Shown here: piece after piece, positions 49,504 to 60,186 of the stretch | Layout: the number at the start of each line of letters is the position of its first letter | Position numbering within the stretch: the first letter of the stretch is position 1 | Assembly (NCBI GenBank): GCA_963712745.1 | Contig: CAVQJC010000008.1 | Coordinates: forward strand, 1-64,000 | Direction: 5' to 3' | Length of the DNA: 64,000 nt | From: an uncultured Chloroflexia bacterium | GTDB taxonomy: Bacteria > Chloroflexota > Limnocylindria > Limnocylindrales > CSP1-4 | Notes under the pieces: model-generated | Databases searched by the model: none | What the model was told of the DNA's origin: nothing | The model's input: the letters and a program-made list of their open reading frames with translations, nothing else | Translations under genes and position numbers: made by a program

Positions 49504-50223
49504 ATGTGGATGTTTGGTCTGTGGATCGACCCGCTCTACCTTGTCCTCTTCGTGGCCACGCTCGTCATCTCGGGCGCGGCCCAGGTCTACATCAAGTCGA
49601 CGTTCGCCAAGTGGAGTGGCGTGCGCGCAAGCTCCGGCTTAGCAGGCGTCCGCATCGGTGAGCGGCTGGTGCAAGACGTCGACTTTGGCGGCAGCCGTGG
49701 GCCGGCCACCGGCATCAGCTTCAAGATCGTGCCTGGCGACCTGTCGGACCACTTCGACCCGCGCACCAAGGAGATCGGCCTCAGCCAGGAAGTCGCCTCG
49801 CGCGACTCGGTGGCCGCGATGGCAGTGACCGCCCACGAGGTCGGGCACGCGCAGCAGGATGCGGAGGGTTCGGTGGCCATGCGCGCACGCGCATTCCTCG
49901 TACCCGCGGTCACGTTCAGCCCCACCGTCAGCTACCTGCTCATCTTCGTCGGACTCATCTTCAACCTGACCGGCCTGTTCTGGCTGGGCATCGTCGTGTT
50001 CGGCCTGATGGTGCTCTTCAGCATCCTCACGTTGCCGGTCGAGATCGGCGCCAGCCGCCGCGCCTTGGTCATGCTCCGCGACACGGGCCTGGTGGCCAAC
50101 GAACAGGACGAACAGGGCGTGAAGCGCGTGCTCACGGCCGCCGCCATGACCTACGTCGCTGCCGCGGTGACATCGATCCTGACGCTGCTCTACTACCTCT
50201 CGATCGCGCGCCGGAACGGCTAG
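49504..50223 (+). CDS. Membrane neutral zinc metallopeptidase (YugP-like)
   Basis: LSDHFDP, AHEVGHAQQ, TLPVE..ASRRA, AAAMTYVAA. Confidence 0.92.
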   Translation: MWMFGLWIDPLYLVLFVATLVISGAAQVYIKSTFAKWSGVRASSGLAGVRIGERLVQDVDFGGSRGPATGISFKIVPGDLSDHFDPRTKEIGLSQEVASRDSVAAMAVTAHEVGHAQQDAEGSVAMRARAFLVPAVTFSPTVSYLLIFVGLIFNLTGLFWLGIVVFGLMVLFSILTLPVEIGASRRALVMLRDTGLVANEQDEQGVKRVLTAAAMTYVAAAVTSILTLLYYLSIARRNG

Positions 50224-50240
50224 GCCAGCGCGCTTCCCCG

Positions 50241-51941
50241 ATGACCGACCAGCGAGGACTGCAGCACCCCGAGCGCGACCCCTTGGTCGCCGATGACCCC
50301 GACGGAGGCGCATCTCCCGTTGGAGCACCCGGAGGGCCAAAGGGCTGGTCACGCCGCGCCGTCGCGGGCACCGCTCTGCTCATCGGCCTTTTCGTGGCGG
50401 TCGGTCTGTTCGCGGCCTGGACCGTTACCCCCGGGCCCGACGAGGAGGCGCTCGCACGCCCGGATGACACCGACATCGTGCTCAACGGTGGTGTCCCGCT
50501 CTCGTGGGATCCAGCGGCCATCGCCGACGGCACCTCAGCCCAGATGCTGGCGCAGCTGTACGAGGGCCTGACCGCGCTCGACGCCTCATCCCAGGTGCGG
50601 CCGGCGCTGGCCGAGTCATGGCGGGTCGAGGACGATGGCAGGCGCATCGTGTTCGAGCTCCGCGAAGGCCTCACCTTCAGCGATGGGACGCCGCTGATGG
50701 CGGCGGACGTGAGGCGTTCGTGGTTGCGGGTCATCGACCCGGTCTCGCCCAGTCCGCTCTCGAGCCTGCTCGATATGGTCGCCGGTGCCGAGGCGTATGC
50801 GCGCGGCGAAGCACCCGCCGATGAGGTCGGCATCCGCGCCGATGGGCGCACGCTGACCGTCGACTTCGAGCGACCGGCCGCCTACTTCCCGGCCGTGGCA
50901 GCGACGCCGACGCTGGCCGTGGTGCCACCCGCCGTCGAGAGCCAGGCGCGTGGTCCAGAGGGAGACGCCGACTTCACCGCCAGCGGGGCATACGTGGCCG
51001 CTGACCAGGAGCGCGGACAGGTCCGCCTCCGAGCCAACCCGGCCTACTGGGCCGGGATACCGCCGACCGAGCGCATCACCGTGGTCACCGACGACGGCGG
51101 ACGCAGCCAGGTGGACGTCTTCGAGGACGAGGCCGTCGACTGGACCCGCATCGCCGCCAGCGACGCCTCCTGGATCCGCTATGACCGCTATCTCGGACCG
51201 CAGCTCCGCCACACCGAGGAGATGGCCGTGGACCTGCTGGGCTTCGACACCACGCGCCCGCCCTTCGACGACGCCGGCGTCCGTCGGGCCGTGGCCATGG
51301 CCGTCGACTGGCGCCGTCTGGCGGGCCTCGGCGGGCGCGATGACCGGGCGCCGACGTCGATCGTGCCGCCGGGTGTGGCCGGCCGTGGCCAGGGCGACTA
51401 CCTGCTGAGGTATGACCCGGACGCCGCGCGCGCAGAGCTGGCCCAGGCCGGCCACGCGGGCGGCGCCGGACTTCCGGCAGTGTCCCTGGCGACCTACGGC
51501 GTAGGCCCCGCTGCGGCCATCGCCGAGGACCTGTCCCGCGAACTCGGTCTCGAGGTCAACGTGGAACGGCGCTCCTTCGAGGAGCACTCGTTGCTGCTCG
51601 ACCAGGACACGCCTTCGATGTGGACGCTGGCCTGGAGCGCGGATTATCCGCATGCCCACGACTTCCTCGGGCTGCTGTTGCGGAGCGGCAGCAGCGCCAA
51701 CGTCAGCGGCTGGAGCGACCCTGCCTACGATCAGTTCATCGATGCCGCGGCCGCCACCGCCGACCCGGCCGAGCAGGAGCGCCTGTACGGCGAGGCGCAA
51801 GCCATCATCCGTGAGTCGGTCCCGGTGATCCCGCTCGACTACGGCGGCAGCTGGTGGCTCAGCCGCGCGGGCCTGGCCGGGGGTGACATCTCTGGCGTGG
51901 GTCTGCTGCGCTACGCCGACCTGGCGTGGTCGGATCGATGA
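50241..51941 (+). CDS. Peptide ABC transporter substrate-binding protein (family 5)
   Basis: LYEGL, PALAESW, FSDGTPL.A.DV, PFDD..VRRA, WSADYP. Confidence 0.9.
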   Translation: MTDQRGLQHPERDPLVADDPDGGASPVGAPGGPKGWSRRAVAGTALLIGLFVAVGLFAAWTVTPGPDEEALARPDDTDIVLNGGVPLSWDPAAIADGTSAQMLAQLYEGLTALDASSQVRPALAESWRVEDDGRRIVFELREGLTFSDGTPLMAADVRRSWLRVIDPVSPSPLSSLLDMVAGAEAYARGEAPADEVGIRADGRTLTVDFERPAAYFPAVAATPTLAVVPPAVESQARGPEGDADFTASGAYVAADQERGQVRLRANPAYWAGIPPTERITVVTDDGGRSQVDVFEDEAVDWTRIAASDASWIRYDRYLGPQLRHTEEMAVDLLGFDTTRPPFDDAGVRRAVAMAVDWRRLAGLGGRDDRAPTSIVPPGVAGRGQGDYLLRYDPDAARAELAQAGHAGGAGLPAVSLATYGVGPAAAIAEDLSRELGLEVNVERRSFEEHSLLLDQDTPSMWTLAWSADYPHAHDFLGLLLRSGSSANVSGWSDPAYDQFIDAAAATADPAEQERLYGEAQAIIRESVPVIPLDYGGSWWLSRAGLAGGDISGVGLLRYADLAWSDR

Positions 51942-53116
51942 GCCGGCGCCTCGCGTCCCTGGCCACGACATCGGTGGCGACACTCCTCCTGCTCCTGCTG
52001 GTGGCGTCGGGGGCCGTGGCCGCGGACGGAGCGATCGAGTTCGGCCGACCGAGCGCGAGCGGCGCCTTCGGCGACGTCGTCACCTTCCGCACGAGCTTCA
52101 GCGCTGAAGTGCCGCCCGAACGGGTCGAGCTGCTCACGCGGTTGCCGGGTGACGACAGCGACCGTGTGAGCATCGCCATCGTCGAGCGCGAGGGCGACGG
52201 CTGGGTCGCGAGCGCCTTTCAGGGCGGTCACATCGTGCCCAATTCCAGCTGGAGCTACCGCTTCCGGGCGGTCACCAGGGAGGGCTCCGTGGAGGGTCCG
52301 GCTGCCACGCACCGGCTGGTCGACGACCGCTTCGACTGGCGCTCGCTCGAAGGGGACCGCGTGCGCGTGTGGTGGCACGAGGGTGACGAGGCTTTCGGCC
52401 GGCGGGCACTCGAGATCGGCGAAGAGGCGATGGCTGGCGCAGCAAAGCTGCTGGGGGTCGGCGCCATCGAGCCAGTCGACTTCTTCATCTACGCCGACAC
52501 TCGCGAGTTCCGGCAGGCCATGGGCCCGGCCACGCGCGAGAACGTAGGCGGCCAGGCGCACCCGGGCATCCGGACGCTGTTCGGTCTCATCGGACCACGA
52601 CAGATCGACTCCGACTGGGTCGAGGAGCTGGTGACCCACGAGCTGGCGCATCTGGTCTTCCACGAGGCCGTCGACAACCCCTACCAGTACCCGCCGCGCT
52701 GGCTCAACGAAGGCCTGGCGGTGTATCTCTCCAAGGGCTACGACGGCGCCGACCGGGCGCAGGTCGAGGGCGCGGCCGGCGGCGGCACCATCATCCCGCT
52801 CGAGGGTCTTGGCGGTCAGTTCCCCACGCGCCCCAGCCGCCAGGGCCTGGCCTATGCCGAGTCCATCGCGGCCGTGGACTACTTCGTGGAGACGTACGGC
52901 GAGGAGGGGCTCGTCGAGCTCGTCACTTCGTTCGGCGATGGGAGCGGCCTCGACGGCGCCTTCCTCGACGCGACCGGCGCCGACTTCGCGGCCTTCGATT
53001 CGGCCTGGCTGGCCTCGCTCGGTGGGGAGCCGCCGGAGCCTTTCGGGCCTCAGCCAGGTGAGCCCGGACCGGTTCCCGACGCGTGGGCGGGAGAGGCTGA
53101 CGCCCTGCTACCCTGA
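51938..53116 (+). CDS. Secreted peptidase MA-like metallopeptidase
   Basis: Signal peptide; HELAH...WLNEGLA. Confidence 0.88.
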   Translation: MSRRLASLATTSVATLLLLLLVASGAVAADGAIEFGRPSASGAFGDVVTFRTSFSAEVPPERVELLTRLPGDDSDRVSIAIVEREGDGWVASAFQGGHIVPNSSWSYRFRAVTREGSVEGPAATHRLVDDRFDWRSLEGDRVRVWWHEGDEAFGRRALEIGEEAMAGAAKLLGVGAIEPVDFFIYADTREFRQAMGPATRENVGGQAHPGIRTLFGLIGPRQIDSDWVEELVTHELAHLVFHEAVDNPYQYPPRWLNEGLAVYLSKGYDGADRAQVEGAAGGGTIIPLEGLGGQFPTRPSRQGLAYAESIAAVDYFVETYGEEGLVELVTSFGDGSGLDGAFLDATGADFAAFDSAWLASLGGEPPEPFGPQPGEPGPVPDAWAGEADALLP

Positions 53117-53124
53117 CGCAGCCC

Positions 53125-54570
53125 ATGTCCGACCTAGCCCGACGCGCCCTTGACACGGCCTCGCAGCTCGGCGCCGACTACGCCGACGTGCGCATCGTGC
53201 GCCGCCTCGACCAGAGCGCTCATGTCAAGTCTGGACGCGTCGAAGGCTTGAGCCTGGGCGAGACCGAGGGGTTCGGCGTGCGCGTCCTCCTCGATGGAGC
53301 GTGGGGCTTCGCCAGCTCGAGCCGGATGGACGGTCCCGAAGCCGACCGGATCGCCGCCCTGGCCGTGCGCATCGCCCGCGCCTCGGCCCGCCATTCGCGC
53401 CGGCCGGTGGTACTCGCCGACCGACCGCCCGCGGTCGGTGCCTACCGGACGCCGCTCGACGAGGATCCGTTCGAGGTCCCCGTGGACCACACGGTGGACC
53501 TGCTGCTGGAGGCGGAGCGGGCGATGGCCGCAGTCAAGGGTGTCACCACGACGCGCGCCGACTATCACGCCCACCGGGAGTGGAAGGACTTCCACGCCAG
53601 CGACGGATCGCACACCGAGCAGGTGGTCACCCACGTGGGTGCGGGACTGGAGGTCAACGCCGCCGATGCCGACGACGTGCAGCGGCGCAGCTACCCCGAG
53701 GCGGGTGGCTACCGCGCGGCGGGCTACGAGCACGTCCGCGCGCTCCATCTGGTCGAACGCGCCCCGGAGCTGGCGGCGGAAGCGGTAGAGCTGCTGTCGG
53801 CACCGGTGCTGCCCCCGGGCCGGCGCACGGTCATCCTGCATCCCTCGCAGCTGTACCTGCAGATCCATGAGTCGTGTGGCCACCCCACGGAGCTCGACCG
53901 GGTCTTCGGCACCGAGGCCGCCTACGCCGGCACCAGCTTCCTCACCACCGACAAGCTCGAATCGCGGTTCGCCTATGGATCGGAGCTGGTCACGATCGTG
54001 GCCGACGCCACCACGCCCGGCGGCCTGGGCACGTTCGGCTGGGACGACGAGGGTGTCGAGGCCCAGCGGGTGCCGCTCATCGATGAGGGCATCCTGAGCG
54101 GCTATCTCTCGAGTCGTGAGACGGCTTCTCGCATCGGGCGTCCCAGCAACGGCACGGTCCGTGCCGACGGCTGGAACCGGCTGCCGCTCATCCGCATGAC
54201 CAACATCAACCTCGAGCCGAGGCCGGGCCTGAGCTTCGATGACATCATCGCCGACACCGACGACGGCCTCCTGTTCATGAACAATCGCAGCTGGTCCATC
54301 GACGACCGGCGGCTCAATTTCCAGTTCGGGGTAGAGGTCGCTCGCGAGATCAGGCACGGCCGGCTGGGCCGGCTCTACCGCAACGCAACCTATACGGGAA
54401 TCACGCCGGTGTTCTGGGGCTCATGCGACGCGGTCGCCGACCAGAGCAGCTGGCAGCTGGTCGGCGTCACCAACTGCGGCAAGGGCCAGCCGGGCCAGGG
54501 CATGCACGTGGGCCACGGCAGCAGCGGTGCGCGGTTCCGCGATGTCGAGGTCGGGGTGGGCAACGCATGA
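53125..54570 (+). CDS. tldD: TldD metalloprotease subunit
   Basis: HESCGHPTE, WDDEG, RMTN, CGKGQPGQ. Confidence 0.93.
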   Translation: MSDLARRALDTASQLGADYADVRIVRRLDQSAHVKSGRVEGLSLGETEGFGVRVLLDGAWGFASSSRMDGPEADRIAALAVRIARASARHSRRPVVLADRPPAVGAYRTPLDEDPFEVPVDHTVDLLLEAERAMAAVKGVTTTRADYHAHREWKDFHASDGSHTEQVVTHVGAGLEVNAADADDVQRRSYPEAGGYRAAGYEHVRALHLVERAPELAAEAVELLSAPVLPPGRRTVILHPSQLYLQIHESCGHPTELDRVFGTEAAYAGTSFLTTDKLESRFAYGSELVTIVADATTPGGLGTFGWDDEGVEAQRVPLIDEGILSGYLSSRETASRIGRPSNGTVRADGWNRLPLIRMTNINLEPRPGLSFDDIIADTDDGLLFMNNRSWSIDDRRLNFQFGVEVAREIRHGRLGRLYRNATYTGITPVFWGSCDAVADQSSWQLVGVTNCGKGQPGQGMHVGHGSSGARFRDVEVGVGNA

Positions 54571-55926
54571 GCGATCCCGTTCGAGCGCCCGGCTCGGAGA
54601 TCGCCGCACGGGTCGTGGCCATGGCGCTCGAGGAGGGCGCGAGCCAGGCTGAAGCCGTGGTGGTCGATGGGCACAGTGCCCTCACACGCTTCGCCAACAA
54701 TGAGCTGCACCAGAACGTGGCCGAGGACGACACGGCCATCAACCTTCGCTTCGTCGATGGCCAGCGTATCGGCGTGGCTGCCGGGAACCGACACGACGAT
54801 GGATCGACTGCGCCGTCTCGCTCGCGCGGCCGCTGAGACCGCTCGCCTGCAGCCTGAGCAGTCCTGGTTCCGCTCGCTGCCCGAGCCCGGCCCGGTGTCA
54901 TTGCGCCAAGGCGCCTGGGCGGCATCTACGGCGGAGGCCGACCCGGACGTGCGCGCCGACATGGCCGCCGCCGTCATCGCGGCGGCGGAGGGCGTGGGGG
55001 CCCAGGCCTTTGGTCTCGTCGAGACCGGTTCGGAGACCGTCAGCGTCGTCAACTCGCTCGGCATCGACGTCAGCGAACTGCGCTCGCGGAGCGAGGTGCT
55101 GACGGTGATGATGGGCCCCGGCGGGGGGACCGGCTACGCCGAGCGGGTGGCGGTCGACGTGGAGAGGCTCGATGCCTCTGCCCTGGGACGGGAGGCTGCC
55201 GAGCGGACGGCGGCCATGAGCGACCCGGTGGAGCTGCCGGCCGGGGACTACCCGGTCGTGCTCGAGGGCTACGCCACCATGGACCTGGCCATGTGGCTGG
55301 GCCTCGTCGGCTTCAACGCCCAGGACGTGCAGGAGCAGCAGTCGTTCTACGAGGACGGCAAGGTCGTGGCCTCGCCGCTCATCAGCCTCGCCGACGACGG
55401 TGCCGACCCGGAAGGCACCCCGGCGTCGTTCGACTACGAGGGCGTAGCCAAGCAGCGTGTGCCGCTCATCGAGGCGGGGGTCTGTCGTGAGGTCGTGCAC
55501 GACACCAGGACCGCCACCCACGACGGTGTGCGCTCCACGGGCCACGCGCTGCCGGCACCGAACCCCTGGGGGCCTCATCCCTTCAACCTCAGCATGGCGG
55601 CGGGTGAGACCTCGCGCGAGGAACTCATCGGCGGGCTCGAGCGCGGGCTGCTGGTCACGCGCTTCCACTACACCAACATCGTCCAGCCCAAGCAGGTCAA
55701 GGTCACCGGCATGACCAAGGACGGGCTCTTCCTGGTCGAGGAGGGCAAGATCACAGCGGGCGTGCGCAATCTGCGCTTCACCCAGAGCTACCTCGACGCA
55801 CTGGCCTCGGTCGAAGCCGTGAGCCGCGAGCGACGGGCCATCGACGGAGATGGATATCTCGGTACCATCGTGGTCCCGGCACTTCGTCTCGGGTCGTTCG
55901 GCTTCACCGGCACGACCGAGCACTAG
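54567..55926 (+). CDS. pmbA: PmbA/TldE subunit (+1 frameshift near 54807, probably a sequencing error)
   Basis: LTRFANNELHQNV in frame 1; FDYEG, TGHA, TGMTKDG, NLRF in frame 2. Confidence 0.85.
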
Positions 55927-55941
55927 GACGGGAGGGAGTGG

Positions 55942-57459
55942 ATGAGCGAGATCAGGGAGCAGGTCGACGACGCCATCACCGTCGAGGGCGGGGCTGATGT
56001 CGATCAGGCCAAAGCGGTCTTGCGCAACCCCAGGTTCCTCGCGCTCTTCGGCTCCCAGATCTTCACCCAGGTCGGCGGCAACATGGTGCTGTTCGGCCTC
56101 ACCATCACGGTCTTCGGGCTGACCAACTCGAACACCTCGGTCAGCATCCTCCTGCTCACATTCCTGGTGCCCGCCGTGATCTTCGGCGCCATCGCCGGTG
56201 TCTTCGTCGACATGTTCGACCGACGCAAGATCCTGGTCTGGACCAACTTCGCGCGCGGCGCGCTGTTCCTGCTGCTCGTCTTCTTCACCGACCAGCTGGC
56301 GGTCATCTACATCGTCACCGCGCTGGTGGCGACGTTGACCACGTTCTTCGCACCCGCTGAGGCGGCGATGATCCCGCTGGTCGTGAAACGCGAGCAGCTG
56401 ATGACCGCCAACAGCCTCTTCATCCTCGCGCTGCAGGGTGCCTTCGTGCTCGGCTTCGCAGTCCTGGGTCCACTGACCGAGACGCTGGTAGGGACGGAGA
56501 CCCTCATCCTGATCGTAGCCGCTGCGTACGGCGTTGCCGGTGTGCTCTGCTGGATCCTCCCCCCGGCGCCCGCCGGCCAGGTGGGTGGGGCCTCGTTGCA
56601 GTCGGCACGGAGCGCGGTAGGCGCGACCATCGACCAGCTGAAGGAAGGCATCCGCTACATCCGCGATCACCACAACATCTTCTGGTCGCTGACCTACCTG
56701 GCCATGGTCGCCTCGCTGATCGGCGTCCTGGGTGTGATCGCACCGGCCTTCACGCGGGACGTGCTGGGACTCGAGGAAGGCGACCTCATCGTCATCCTGC
56801 TGCCGCTCGGCGCCGGCCTCATCGGCGGCATCGTGACTCTCAACATCATCGGCAAGTACCTGCCTCGACGGCGACTCATCGAGGGCGGCATGATCGCCCT
56901 GGGGCTTTCACTGGTGATGCTGGGCCTGGCGCAGGAGTTCGTGGGTGTCTCGGACGACGGTGACACCACCGCCCTGCTGTCGGTCGTCGTGGCGGTGGCC
57001 TTCGCGGCTGGGATCTGCTATGCCTTCGTCGCCGTGCCGGCGCAGACGTCGCTGCAGGAGGAGCTGCCCAGCGACGTGCGCGGACGCGTCTTCGGGGTCC
57101 TCAACATGCTCGTGAGCATGGCCTCGTTCATCCCCATCATCATCGTGGGCCCGGTGGCCGACGTGGTCGGCGCCGCCACGGTCATCGTGATCTCGGCCCT
57201 CATCGTGGGCACCGTCGGCGTCCTCTCGATCATCTTCGCCCATCCCGCGGTCACCGGCTCGGCCCGGCCAGTCAACGTCGAGCCCATAGACCCCATGACC
57301 GTGACGACCGCCTCGTCCACGCTCAATCGGCCGATCCGGCTGCGCTATATCGCCGAAGACGCAGAGGGCACGCGGCCCATCCAGCTCATCGCCAGCCCAG
57401 TCGTGCCCGGCAAGGCTGGCCCTGCCCCGGAGTCGTCGCCCGGCCAGCGAGATGGCTAG
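55942..57459 (+). CDS. MFS transporter
   Basis: 12 TMs; GVFVDMFDRRK motif A; RGRVFG. Confidence 0.92.
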   Translation: MSEIREQVDDAITVEGGADVDQAKAVLRNPRFLALFGSQIFTQVGGNMVLFGLTITVFGLTNSNTSVSILLLTFLVPAVIFGAIAGVFVDMFDRRKILVWTNFARGALFLLLVFFTDQLAVIYIVTALVATLTTFFAPAEAAMIPLVVKREQLMTANSLFILALQGAFVLGFAVLGPLTETLVGTETLILIVAAAYGVAGVLCWILPPAPAGQVGGASLQSARSAVGATIDQLKEGIRYIRDHHNIFWSLTYLAMVASLIGVLGVIAPAFTRDVLGLEEGDLIVILLPLGAGLIGGIVTLNIIGKYLPRRRLIEGGMIALGLSLVMLGLAQEFVGVSDDGDTTALLSVVVAVAFAAGICYAFVAVPAQTSLQEELPSDVRGRVFGVLNMLVSMASFIPIIIVGPVADVVGAATVIVISALIVGTVGVLSIIFAHPAVTGSARPVNVEPIDPMTVTTASSTLNRPIRLRYIAEDAEGTRPIQLIASPVVPGKAGPAPESSPGQRDG

Positions 57460-58468
57460 CCTCCCGCGCATCGCGGTCATCTTCACCGGCGGCACCATCG
57501 CCATGCTGCCCGACCCGGTGACCGGGGCCGCCGTTCCGGCCCTTGACGGGGCCGCCATCCTCGCCCGCGTAGCTGGCCTCGAAGAGATCGCTGATCTCGA
57601 GCCCATCGACTGGGGGCTGGTGCCGGCGTCGCACCTGCGCTTCAGCCAGATCCTCGATGTCGGCACCGTCATCGCCGCGGCCGCGGCCAGGGATGGCGTC
57701 GACGGCGTGGTGGTGGTGCAGGGCACCGACGTGATGGAGGAGACAGCCTACGCCTGGGACCTGCTGCATACCGGTGAGGCCCCGGTGGTCGTGGTCGGCG
57801 CCATGCGCAACGCCGGCGATGACGACTACGAGGGGCCCATGAACATGCGCGCGGCGGTGCGGGTCGCCGCCGACGCCCGCCTGCGCGGGGCAGGTGTGCT
57901 GGTGGTCATGGCCGGGCTCATCCTGCCGGCGGACGACGTGACCAAGACCGACAGTCAGGCTCTCGATACCTTCCAGGCCCTCAACTCCGGGCCGCTGGGC
58001 CGCCTGGTCGACGACAAGGTGGTCCTCGTCCGCACGCGTCGCGGCCGGCGGACCTTGCCGGCATGGCCTGGCTCCGCGGCTGAGCCGGTGGCGCTGCTGA
58101 CCGCGGTCGTTTCCACCGATGGCGACCTCCTGCGTGCAGCCCTGGGCCAGGGGGCCGCCGGCATCGTCATCGAGGCCACCGGCTCCGGCAACACCGATCC
58201 GGACCTGCTGGCCGCGGCCGTCGAGGCCATGGCAGCGGGCGTGCCGGTCGTGCTCACCACCCGCTGCGCCTCGGGAGCAGTCGGCCCGCTGTACGGCTTT
58301 GCCGGCGGCGGTCGCTCATGGCAGGAGGCCGGAGCCATCCTGGCCGGGAGCCTGAGCGGTCCCAAGGCTCGCGTGGCCCTGGCACTGGGCCTCGGCGCGG
58401 GACTGGATCGCGCCGGCCTGGCCGAACTGCTCGGAGCAGGCCCGACCGACCCGGCTGATGATGGCTGA
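57452..58468 (+). CDS. Asparaginase/glutaminase
   Basis: FTGGTIAM, QGTDVMEETAY, GAMR. Confidence 0.92.
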   Translation: MASLPRIAVIFTGGTIAMLPDPVTGAAVPALDGAAILARVAGLEEIADLEPIDWGLVPASHLRFSQILDVGTVIAAAAARDGVDGVVVVQGTDVMEETAYAWDLLHTGEAPVVVVGAMRNAGDDDYEGPMNMRAAVRVAADARLRGAGVLVVMAGLILPADDVTKTDSQALDTFQALNSGPLGRLVDDKVVLVRTRRGRRTLPAWPGSAAEPVALLTAVVSTDGDLLRAALGQGAAGIVIEATGSGNTDPDLLAAAVEAMAAGVPVVLTTRCASGAVGPLYGFAGGGRSWQEAGAILAGSLSGPKARVALALGLGAGLDRAGLAELLGAGPTDPADDG

Positions 58469-60128
58469 GCGAGCGGCCGAGCGCCTCATCCACGGCCGCA
58501 TCGCGACGCTGCGCGGCCACACGGGATACGGCTGGGTGGAGGCCCTGGCCATCCGCGATGGCCGAGTCGTGGTCGCCGGAACACGCGCCGAGGTACAGCC
58601 ACTGGCCGGGCGCGAGACCGTTCGCTGGGAGCTACCCGACGCGCTGGCCGTGATCCCCTCGTTCACTGACGCGCACCTCCACCTCGCGGCGGCCGCGCTG
58701 GCGGCAGGCCAGCCCGATCTCACCGGTCTCGACCGTGCGAGCGTCGTGGCCGCCATCGCCGAGGCGCACGAGACGCTGGCCCAGCGCGGCGACCACGAGA
58801 GCTGGCTGCTCGGCCACGGCTGGACCTTCGCTGCGCTGGGTGAGCATCCCGTCGCCGCCTGGCTGGACGAAGCGGCACCGGGGCGCCCGGTGGCGCTGTG
58901 GGCGCACGACCACCACTCCCGCTGGCTCAGCGCGCGGGCCATCCAGGTGGCCGGCCTGGCCGCGACCGGCGATCCGCCCTCTGGACGCATCGAACGTGAT
59001 GCCGAAGGCCGACCCACCGGCCTGATGTACGAAGCGGCCGCGGGGCTCGTGGACGCGGTCATCCCGCCCCCCAGCGTGGGCGATATCGACTGGGCCGTCG
59101 GTGCCTACGCACGCAAATTGGCGGAGATGGGCGTGACCTCGGTGCACGACCCCGGGCCGGTCGCACCCGATCCCGAGCTGCACGGTGGTCCGGTGGTCTA
59201 TCGCGAGATGGCCCTTGGTGGCCGTCTGCCGCTGCGGGTCATGGCCAGCGTCCGCGAGGACCAGCTCGACCGAGCCATCGGCATCGGCTTCCGCAGCGGC
59301 CGGACGTTCGAGGGCGACGAACGAGGCCGCTACCGTGACGGCTGGCTGAAGCTGTTCTCCGATGGCGCCCTCGGCAGCCGCACCGCCGCGCTGCTGGCCC
59401 CCTACGAGCCCCACGACCCCGCCGGACCGCCGCCCGGCGGACCCAGGGGCATGCCGCTGCGAACCCACGAGCAGCTGGCCGAGGCGGCCGGCCGTGCCGC
59501 TGAAGCCGGCATCGCCAGCGAGATCCACGCCATCGGCGACGGGGCCGTGCGCACGGTGCTCGACGTCATCGAGGCGCTGCCGGCCGTGCCCGGGGCCATG
59601 CACCGGGTCGAGCACGCTCAGCTCATCGACCGGGCCGACATCGGCCGCTTCGGAGCGCTGGACATCCCGGCCTCGGTGCAGCCGAGCCACCTGCTCAGCG
59701 ACGCGGCCGCGATGCGCAGGTCGTGGGGCGCGAGGGCAGCGACCGCGTTCCCGCTGGCCTCGCTCGTCGCGGCTGGAGCCCTGACACCATTCGGCACCGA
59801 CGCCCCGGTCGAGCCGGCCGATCCGTGGCCCGGCCTGGCCGCAGCCGTGACCCGCCGCGGCGCGGGCTGGGCGGAGGCCGACGCCTTCCACCTCGAAGAG
59901 GCCGTCGACCTGGATCGTGCCCTGCGCGCTGCCTGTCTCGATGGCCCCCGGTCGGCCCGCGTCCACGACCAGGGACACCTCGACGTCGGCGCACGGGCGG
60001 ACCTGCTGGTGGTGCGGGCCGCGATCTTGGCTGACCCCGTGGACCCGGATGTGCTCGCCACGGCCCGTCCGCAGGCGACACTGCTCGACGGGGAGGTCAT
60101 CCACCTGGCGCCTGGCTTCCGGCTCTAG
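58458..60128 (+). CDS. Amidohydrolase 3 family (YtcJ-like)
   Basis: DAHLH, KLFSDGALGSRTA, HAIGD, RVEHAQ, GTDAPVE. Confidence 0.92.
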   Translation: MMAERAAERLIHGRIATLRGHTGYGWVEALAIRDGRVVVAGTRAEVQPLAGRETVRWELPDALAVIPSFTDAHLHLAAAALAAGQPDLTGLDRASVVAAIAEAHETLAQRGDHESWLLGHGWTFAALGEHPVAAWLDEAAPGRPVALWAHDHHSRWLSARAIQVAGLAATGDPPSGRIERDAEGRPTGLMYEAAAGLVDAVIPPPSVGDIDWAVGAYARKLAEMGVTSVHDPGPVAPDPELHGGPVVYREMALGGRLPLRVMASVREDQLDRAIGIGFRSGRTFEGDERGRYRDGWLKLFSDGALGSRTAALLAPYEPHDPAGPPPGGPRGMPLRTHEQLAEAAGRAAEAGIASEIHAIGDGAVRTVLDVIEALPAVPGAMHRVEHAQLIDRADIGRFGALDIPASVQPSHLLSDAAAMRRSWGARAATAFPLASLVAAGALTPFGTDAPVEPADPWPGLAAAVTRRGAGWAEADAFHLEEAVDLDRALRAACLDGPRSARVHDQGHLDVGARADLLVVRAAILADPVDPDVLATARPQATLLDGEVIHLAPGFRL

Positions 60129-60186
60129 CCGTACCCGGCCCGAGGGGGCCGCACGTGCCCCGCCCTGCCTCGACCACCGCCTCTGG

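Noticed and set aside
53125-55926. RiPP cluster around TldD/PmbA
   Set aside because: No precursor peptide or modifying enzymes (YcaO, radical SAM, LanM) nearby
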